Source: an uncultured Chloroflexia bacterium
Lineage (GTDB): Bacteria; Chloroflexota; Limnocylindria; Limnocylindrales; CSP1-4
Direction of reading: 5' to 3'
Assembly (NCBI GenBank): GCA_963766735.1
Contig: CAVYBU010000007.1
Span: forward strand, 256,001-320,000
DNA: 64,000 nt
How positions within the stretch are numbered: the first letter of the stretch is position 1; each line of letters opens with the position of its first letter. The translations under genes and the position numbers were made by a program. Under the pieces are notes generated by a model. The model was not told the DNA's origin, did no database searches, and saw only the letters and a program-made list of their open reading frames with translations. Positions 58,459 through 64,000 of the stretch are shown in pieces.

Positions 58459-59955
58459 TCACCCTCCCGTCTCGAGGCGCTCGCGGACCAGCGTGGTGAC
58501 ACGAGCCGCGTCCGCCGCCCCGCCCGTGGCCTTCATCACCTGCCCGACGAAGAAGCCGGCGACAGGCTTGCCGGCCCGATAGTCCGCAACGGCCTTCGGG
58601 TTCGCGGCAATGACCGCGTCGATGTGCCCCAGAAGCGAGACATCGTCCGAGATCGGCCCGGGCCCTGCTGACGCAAGCAGATCGTCCGCGGCCGTCCCTT
58701 CCGCCAGGTGTCGGTCCAGGAGGTCCCGGCCAGTCGTCCGCGCAACCTGGCCGGACGCGATCGCGGAGATGAGGTCGGCAATGCCCGCAGGCGTGGACGA
58801 GCCCGCCGTCCCGGCCGCGTTGAGCCCGCCATCCTTCGCGGCCCGCGCGTGGACGCCCGTGACGAAGTGCGCAACCTCCTTCGCCGGCGCCTTTCCCGCG
58901 GTCGAGATCGCCTCGAACGACGTCGTCATCGCCGGGTCCGCGACGATGACCGCGGCGTCGTAGGTCCCCAGGCCCAGGGCGACGTACCGCGCGCGACGAG
59001 CGGCCGGCAGCTCCGGCAGGGCGGCACGGATGCCGTCGATCCAGGACGCGTCCACGTGGAGCGGCGGCAGGTCCGGCTCCGGGAAGTACCGGTAGTCGTC
59101 GGAGGTCTCCTTGGCGCGCATCCGGTACGTGGCCTGCCGGCCGTCGTCCCAGCCGCGGGTCTCCATGACCAGCGGCTCACCGGCGTCCAGCGCCGCGGCC
59201 TGCCGCTCGATCTCGAACGCGATCGCCCGCTCCACCGCCCGGAACGAGTTCATGTTCTTGACCTCGACCCGCGTCCCGAACGGCTCCGTCCCGCGGGGCC
59301 GCAGCGAGACGTTCGCCTCGACCCGCATCTGGCCCCGCTCCATGTCCGCGTCGCTGACCCCGATCGCGCGGAGCAGCAGCTGCAGCTCCTCGGCGTAGCG
59401 GCGGGCCTGCTCGGCCGTCCGGATCTCGGGCTCCGTGACGATCTCCATGAGCGGCGCCCCGGCGCGGTTGAAGTCCACCAGCGTCGTCCGCTCGCCCGAT
59501 GCGCCGGCGGTGTCACCGTGCAGAAGCTTCGCCGTGTCCTCCTCGAGGTGCGCGCGCGTGATCGCCACGGTGAATGGACCGGCCGACGTCTCGATCGCAA
59601 GGCGCCCCGCCGCCGCCAGTGGGATGGCGTACTGGCTGATCTGGTAGCCCTTCGGGAGGTCCGGGTAGAAGTAGTTCTTGCGCTCCCACTGGGTGCGCTC
59701 CGGGATCGTTGCCTCGATGGCCAGGCCGGTCGCGATGACGAACTCCACCGCGCGCCGGTTGATGACCGGCAGCGTCCCGGGCAGGGCCAGGCACACGGGG
59801 CAGGCGTGGGTGTTCGGTGCTGCGTCCGCGTAGGCCGTGGAGCAGCCGCAGAACATCTTGGACGCGGTCCGCAGCTGGCAGTGGATCTCGATGCCGATGA
59901 CGGCCTCGTAGCGCTCCATCACGCCCGCGACGCGATCGGCGGTCGCGGTCGTCAC
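58459..59955 (-). CDS. gatB: Asp/Glu-tRNA amidotransferase subunit B
   Basis: IGIEIHCQL, RKNYFYPDLPKGYQISQ, HLEEDTAK, EVKNMNS, DYRYFPEPDLPP, FFVGQVMK. Confidence 0.97.
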   Translation of the reverse strand: MTTATADRVAGVMERYEAVIGIEIHCQLRTASKMFCGCSTAYADAAPNTHACPVCLALPGTLPVINRRAVEFVIATGLAIEATIPERTQWERKNYFYPDLPKGYQISQYAIPLAAAGRLAIETSAGPFTVAITRAHLEEDTAKLLHGDTAGASGERTTLVDFNRAGAPLMEIVTEPEIRTAEQARRYAEELQLLLRAIGVSDADMERGQMRVEANVSLRPRGTEPFGTRVEVKNMNSFRAVERAIAFEIERQAAALDAGEPLVMETRGWDDGRQATYRMRAKETSDDYRYFPEPDLPPLHVDASWIDGIRAALPELPAARRARYVALGLGTYDAAVIVADPAMTTSFEAISTAGKAPAKEVAHFVTGVHARAAKDGGLNAAGTAGSSTPAGIADLISAIASGQVARTTGRDLLDRHLAEGTAADDLLASAGPGPISDDVSLLGHIDAVIAANPKAVADYRAGKPVAGFFVGQVMKATGGAADAARVTTLVRERLETGG

Positions 59956-60302
59956 GCCGTCACCGTCATGCCGGCGGTCACCAGGTACAGCCCGTACATC
60001 GCCACCCCGAGCCAGAGCAGGGACAGCCCGGCGTGGCGGATGGCAAATCGCACCCGCGCGCGCTCGTGGACAGGTTGGGAGGCCTCGACCAGGGTCCGCG
60101 TCGCGTCGCCCTCGCGAACGAACGGCAGCAGCGCCGACCGGGCGGCCAGATACCCACGCCAGGACCCGTAGGCGGCGGCAAACGCGCCGGACAGCAGGAG
60201 GATTGCGCCGATCATCGCGGGCCAGTTTCGCACAAGCGGACCGCCGACCCGGTCCCGCCGCGCGACCGCGCTACCCGTCGCCGGGGTGTTCCCCCCGGAC
60301 AC
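59952..60302 (-). CDS. Small two-TM hypothetical protein (start uncertain)
   Basis: Two hydrophobic segments flanking REGDATRTLVEA; the stop overlaps the gatB start. Confidence 0.6.
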   Translation of the reverse strand: MSGGNTPATGSAVARRDRVGGPLVRNWPAMIGAILLLSGAFAAAYGSWRGYLAARSALLPFVREGDATRTLVEASQPVHERARVRFAIRHAGLSLLWLGVAMYGLYLVTAGMTVTA

Positions 60303-60678
60303 CGGCGATCGCCTCCTGGATGGCCTCGTGCAGGCGCGCTCCCGTTGGCTGGCCCTGGAGCTCCACCACGCCCGGGTCCGCCGAGGGCTCCCAGGAATAG
60401 CCGGGGCCCGAGACCGTGAGCACGATCGGCACCGTCGGGTGGATCTGGCGCAGTCCCGCGATCAGCTCCGCGGACCCGTCGATATCGCCGCTGGCCCACG
60501 CGTCGTAGACCATCACGTCGACCTCCTCGGCGAGGCCGCACTTCTGGCCGTTGAAGATCGGGCAGGAGTTGGCGGTCGGCCCGCTGCACTGCTCAACCTC
60601 GTAGCCGAGGCGGCGCAGGGAGTCGACCTCCTGGTCAGCGAGGTCGATGTCGTGGTGGACAACGAGCGCTCGGGTCAC
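60271..60678 (-). CDS. Atypical receiver (CheY-like) domain protein with a Cys-rich insert
   Basis: GGAGGT RBS + GTG; RALVVHHD...LRRLGYEVEQCSGPTANSCPIFNGQKCGLAEEVDVMVYD...LRQIHPTVPIVLT. Confidence 0.7.
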   Translation of the reverse strand: MTRALVVHHDIDLADQEVDSLRRLGYEVEQCSGPTANSCPIFNGQKCGLAEEVDVMVYDAWASGDIDGSAELIAGLRQIHPTVPIVLTVSGPGYSWEPSADPGVVELQGQPTGARLHEAIQEAIAGVRGEHPGDG

Positions 60679-60840
60679 GGCGTACCTCCATCGACCCCGG
60701 GGACGCAGGCCCGAACGGGGGCTGCTCCGGATCGGCCGATGGTGCACGCGGTCCGGTCCCTGCGGAAGGGGCAAAGGTCACATCGCCCGACGTGGCGTGG
60801 GCGAGGGCGTGGGCGTGGGCAGCGCCGGCCATCCACGCGA

Positions 60841-62043
60841 TCAGGCAGTCCGGACCTGCGCCACGAAGCGCTCGATGCGGACCAGCGCCTCCTCGATCTT
60901 CTCGTAGGCCGTGGCGTAGCACATGCGGACGTGACCCTCGCCGGACGGGCCGAACGCGGACCCGGGCACCACGGCCACCCGCTCCTCGCGCAGGAGCCGC
61001 TCCGCGAACTCGTCCGACGAGAGGCCCGTGGACGTGATCTGCGGGAAGGCGTAGAAGGCACCGCGCGGCTCGAAGGTGGGCAGGCCGATGCGATTGAGCC
61101 CGTCCACCAGGAGACGCCGGCGGCGGTCGTACTCGGCGACCATCGCCTGCACCGCGGGCTCCCCGCCCTGGAGCGCGGCGAGCGCGGCGTCCTGGGCCAC
61201 TGTGGGGGCGGACATGATCCCGTACTGGTGGACCTTGACGATCCCCTCGAGGATCGCTGCCGGGGCGCACATCCAGCCCACTCGCCAGCCCGTCATCGCG
61301 TACGCCTTGGAGAAGCCGCCCATGAGGATCGTCCGATCCCGCATGCCGGGCAGCGAGCTGAACGCGCGGTGGCGGTAGGTACCGTAGGCGAGGCGGTCAT
61401 AGATCTCGTCGCTGTAGACGAGGAGGTCGTGATCGCGCGCGATGCGGGCCAGCTCATCCTGCACGGCATCGTCAAGGACGGCGCCTGTCGGGTTGGCCGG
61501 GTAACCCAGGAACAGGGCCTTGGTGCGCGGCGTGATGGCGGCTTCCACGGCCACGGGATCCAGGGCGAAGTCGTCCTCGAAGCGGGTCGCGACCGGGACG
61601 ACGGTGCCGCCCGCGAAGACGACAGCCGGGACATAGGCCACGTACGACGGCTCGTGAAGGATGATCTCGTCGCCTGGGTCGCAGGTGGCGCGCAGCGCCA
61701 GGTCCACCGCCTCGGAGGCGCCGACCGTGATCAGGATCTCCGTGTTCGGGTCGTAGCCGACGCCGTACAGCTCCTCCAGGTGCGCCGACAACGTGCGACG
61801 GAGCTCGATGGTCCCGTAGTTGGACGTGTAGTGCGTCCGGCCCTCGCGCAGGCTCTCGACGCCCGCCTCCACGATCTCCCGCGGCGTGTCGAAATCGGGC
61901 TCCCCCACCCCGAGACTGATGACGTCGGTCATCGTGGCCAGGATGTCGAAGAAGCGGCGGATGCCGGACGGAGGAACGTCGATCACGCGCTGCGCGAGCG
62001 CACGCTCGGCCAGTGGAGCTCGGGCCGCGGGGTCTGTGGTCAT
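60841..62043 (-). CDS. PLP-dependent aminotransferase class I/II
   Basis: SLGVGEPDF, YPANPTG, SDEIY, GFSKAYAMTGWRVG. Confidence 0.94.
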   Translation of the reverse strand: MTTDPAARAPLAERALAQRVIDVPPSGIRRFFDILATMTDVISLGVGEPDFDTPREIVEAGVESLREGRTHYTSNYGTIELRRTLSAHLEELYGVGYDPNTEILITVGASEAVDLALRATCDPGDEIILHEPSYVAYVPAVVFAGGTVVPVATRFEDDFALDPVAVEAAITPRTKALFLGYPANPTGAVLDDAVQDELARIARDHDLLVYSDEIYDRLAYGTYRHRAFSSLPGMRDRTILMGGFSKAYAMTGWRVGWMCAPAAILEGIVKVHQYGIMSAPTVAQDAALAALQGGEPAVQAMVAEYDRRRRLLVDGLNRIGLPTFEPRGAFYAFPQITSTGLSSDEFAERLLREERVAVVPGSAFGPSGEGHVRMCYATAYEKIEEALVRIERFVAQVRTA

Positions 62044-62501
62044 GCCGCGAAGGGTACGGCATCGCCCGCGTCGCGGACGTAAGGGCCGGGATCGCCCACT
62101 GTCGGCCCCAGCCCGGTTCGACCAGATCCGGCCCGCGTCCGGCCCGGCCCCGATCGACCCGACCCGGCTGGCGTGGTGCCCCGTTCGCCACCCGCCCCGA
62201 TGCGGTTCGACCCGGTCGGGCTCGCCGAGGCGCCGATCCCGTCATCTACCAGCCTGGTTGGTGTCGGACAAGGATTCGACACCCGGATCGTCGGCTGGGC
62301 GGGATGGGACGATGATCCCGTGCGTGAGACAACCACCGGGACGCCTATGCGCGCCTGGCACGAGCCCCAATCCGGACTTCCACCAGCGCGGCGGGTAGGT
62401 GCACGACTTCCGGCGGTGTGGCGCGGATAGCACCAGCGGGGCTGGTGTGTGATGGAACCAGACCGGGTCGCCGTCCTGCGGGCAGGGTCGCCGGGGATCG
62501 A

Positions 62502-62574
62502 GATCGTCCGCGCTCTCGGGCCCCGCGATCGTCCGCGCTATCTGGCCCCGCGATCGTCCGCGCTACTGGCCCCG
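62502..62574. repeat. Three 25-bp tandem repeats spanning the gatA stop codon
   Basis: GATCGTCCGCGCT...GGCCCCG units starting at 62502, 62527 and 62552. Confidence 0.8.
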
Positions 62575-64000
62575 GCGGCGACTCGCTGGGCAGGCGTGGG
62601 GGTGGATGGGTCCGTGAGCAGCGCCAGATCTCGCGGCTGGACCCGGCGCCAGTCGGCGTCCGTCGTCGCGCCCTCGTACGCGCGCGCCCCCCGGAGCAGG
62701 GATGCCTCGGACCAGGGCGCGCCGATCATCTGGAGGCCGACGGGCAGGCCCTCCGAAAGGCCGCACGGGATCGAGATCGCGGGCAACCCGGCCATGCTGA
62801 CCGGCAGGGTGCAGGTGTCGGACAGGTACATCTGCACCGGGTCCGCGGTGCGGGCGCCGAGCGGGAAGGCGACGCTGGGTGAGGTCGGCGCCACCAGGGC
62901 GTCGAACCCGGCCGCCCACAGCATGTCGAAGTCCCGCTTGATCAGCGTCCGGACCTTCTGCGCCTTGAGGTAGAACGCGTCGTAGTAGCCGGCGGACAGC
63001 GCGTACGTGCCCAGCATGATCCGGCGCTTGACCTCTGGCCCGAAGCCCTGGCCTCGCGTGGCGAGGTAGTTCGCAAGGTAGTCGTCCCCGCCTCGGACGC
63101 TGTAGCCGAACCGGACGCCGTCGTAACGGGCGAGGTTGGCGGACGCCTCCGCCGGGGCGACGATGTAGTACGTGGCCAGGCCGTAGTCCGTGTGCGGGAG
63201 GCTGACCTCCTCCACCGTGGCACCGGCCGCCTCGAGGGACGCGACGGCCTCCCGGATGCGCGCCGCCACCCCGGGCTCCATGCCCTCGACGAAGTACTCC
63301 CTCGGCAGGCCGAAGCGCTTGCCCCGGAGCCACGACGCCGCCTCGTCGTCCGAGGCCGGGAGCCCGAGCAGGTCGTCGGGCACCGGCACCGGCGCGGAGG
63401 TGGAGTCCCGCTCGTCGCGCCCGGAGACCGCGTGAAGCAGCGCGGCGGCATCGCGCACGTCGCGACCGAGCGGTCCGACCTGGTCCAGCGAGCTCGCGAA
63501 GGCCACGATCCCGTACCGGCTCACTCGCCCGTAGGTCGGCTTCATCCCCACGATCCCGCACATCGCCGCCGGCTGGCGGACGGAGCCGCCGGTGTCCGTG
63601 CCGATGGACGAGCGGGGTCTGGTACGCCGCGACCGAGGCCGCGGACCCGCCGCTGGACCCGCCGGGGACGCGATCCAGGGCCCACGGGTTGGCCGTCGGC
63701 CCGAACGCGGAGTGCTCCGTGGAGGAGCCCATCGCAAACTCGTCCATGTTCGTCTTGCCCAGGATCACGGCCCCGGCATCCCGCAGGCTCTCCGTGATGT
63801 GGGCGTCGAACGGGGCGCGGTACCCCTCCAGGATGCGGGAGCCGGCCGTGCACTGGCCACCCTTGACGGATACGAGGTCCTTGAGCCCCACCGGGATGCC
63901 CAGCAGCGGGTGGAGTCGGTCCACCGCGCCGGCGCCCTCGCCGCGGGCGCCGGCCAGGCGAGCGTCGGCAACGTCCGCCTCGGCCAAGGCCCGCTCGTCG
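62538..64000 (-). CDS. gatA: Asp/Glu-tRNA amidotransferase subunit A (5' end outside the window; frameshift near 63610)
   Basis: [25 protein letters not shown] in one frame, then [33 protein letters not shown] in the next. Confidence 0.93.

Overview
A very GC-rich bacterial chromosome segment. Gene content and style suggest Chloroflexota, possibly Limnocylindria-like (inference only). Most of it is housekeeping: a dispersed DNA repair/replication cluster (uvrC, UvrD-like helicase, uvrA, uvrB, coaE, mutM, polA, dnaE) with GAAC-N4-GTTC SOS boxes at uvrA and uvrB, a three-gene Tad/Flp pilus accessory cluster, pfkA, modAB, an MtrAB-like two-component system with a GerMN protein, a BMP-family nucleoside ABC transporter, and gatB/gatA. 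Three loci stand out. (1) 42.0-45.75 kb: a gene of tandem 17-aa repeats carrying 11 DVEGH motifs, followed by Crp/Fnr, GAF and a signal-less S8 protease, and preceded by a broken TPR-like fragment. This is a candidate undescribed multi-core peptide / protease / cyclic-nucleotide signalling system. (2) 34.8-36.1 kb: tRNA-Leu(CAA) with a 58-bp 3' duplication enclosing a 1.2-kb integrase-less mini-island, in which two small membrane ORFs alternate with three related repeats, two of them covarying hairpins. (3) 32.4-34.6 kb: an ECF sigma factor with two tandem anti-sigma genes whose first ~414 bp are almost identical; the second gene has its own GGAAC-N17-CGTC promoter. Three frameshifts (anti-sigma copy B, zincin, gatA) suggest indel errors in the assembly. 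All product calls come from motif recognition by eye; no database searches were run.
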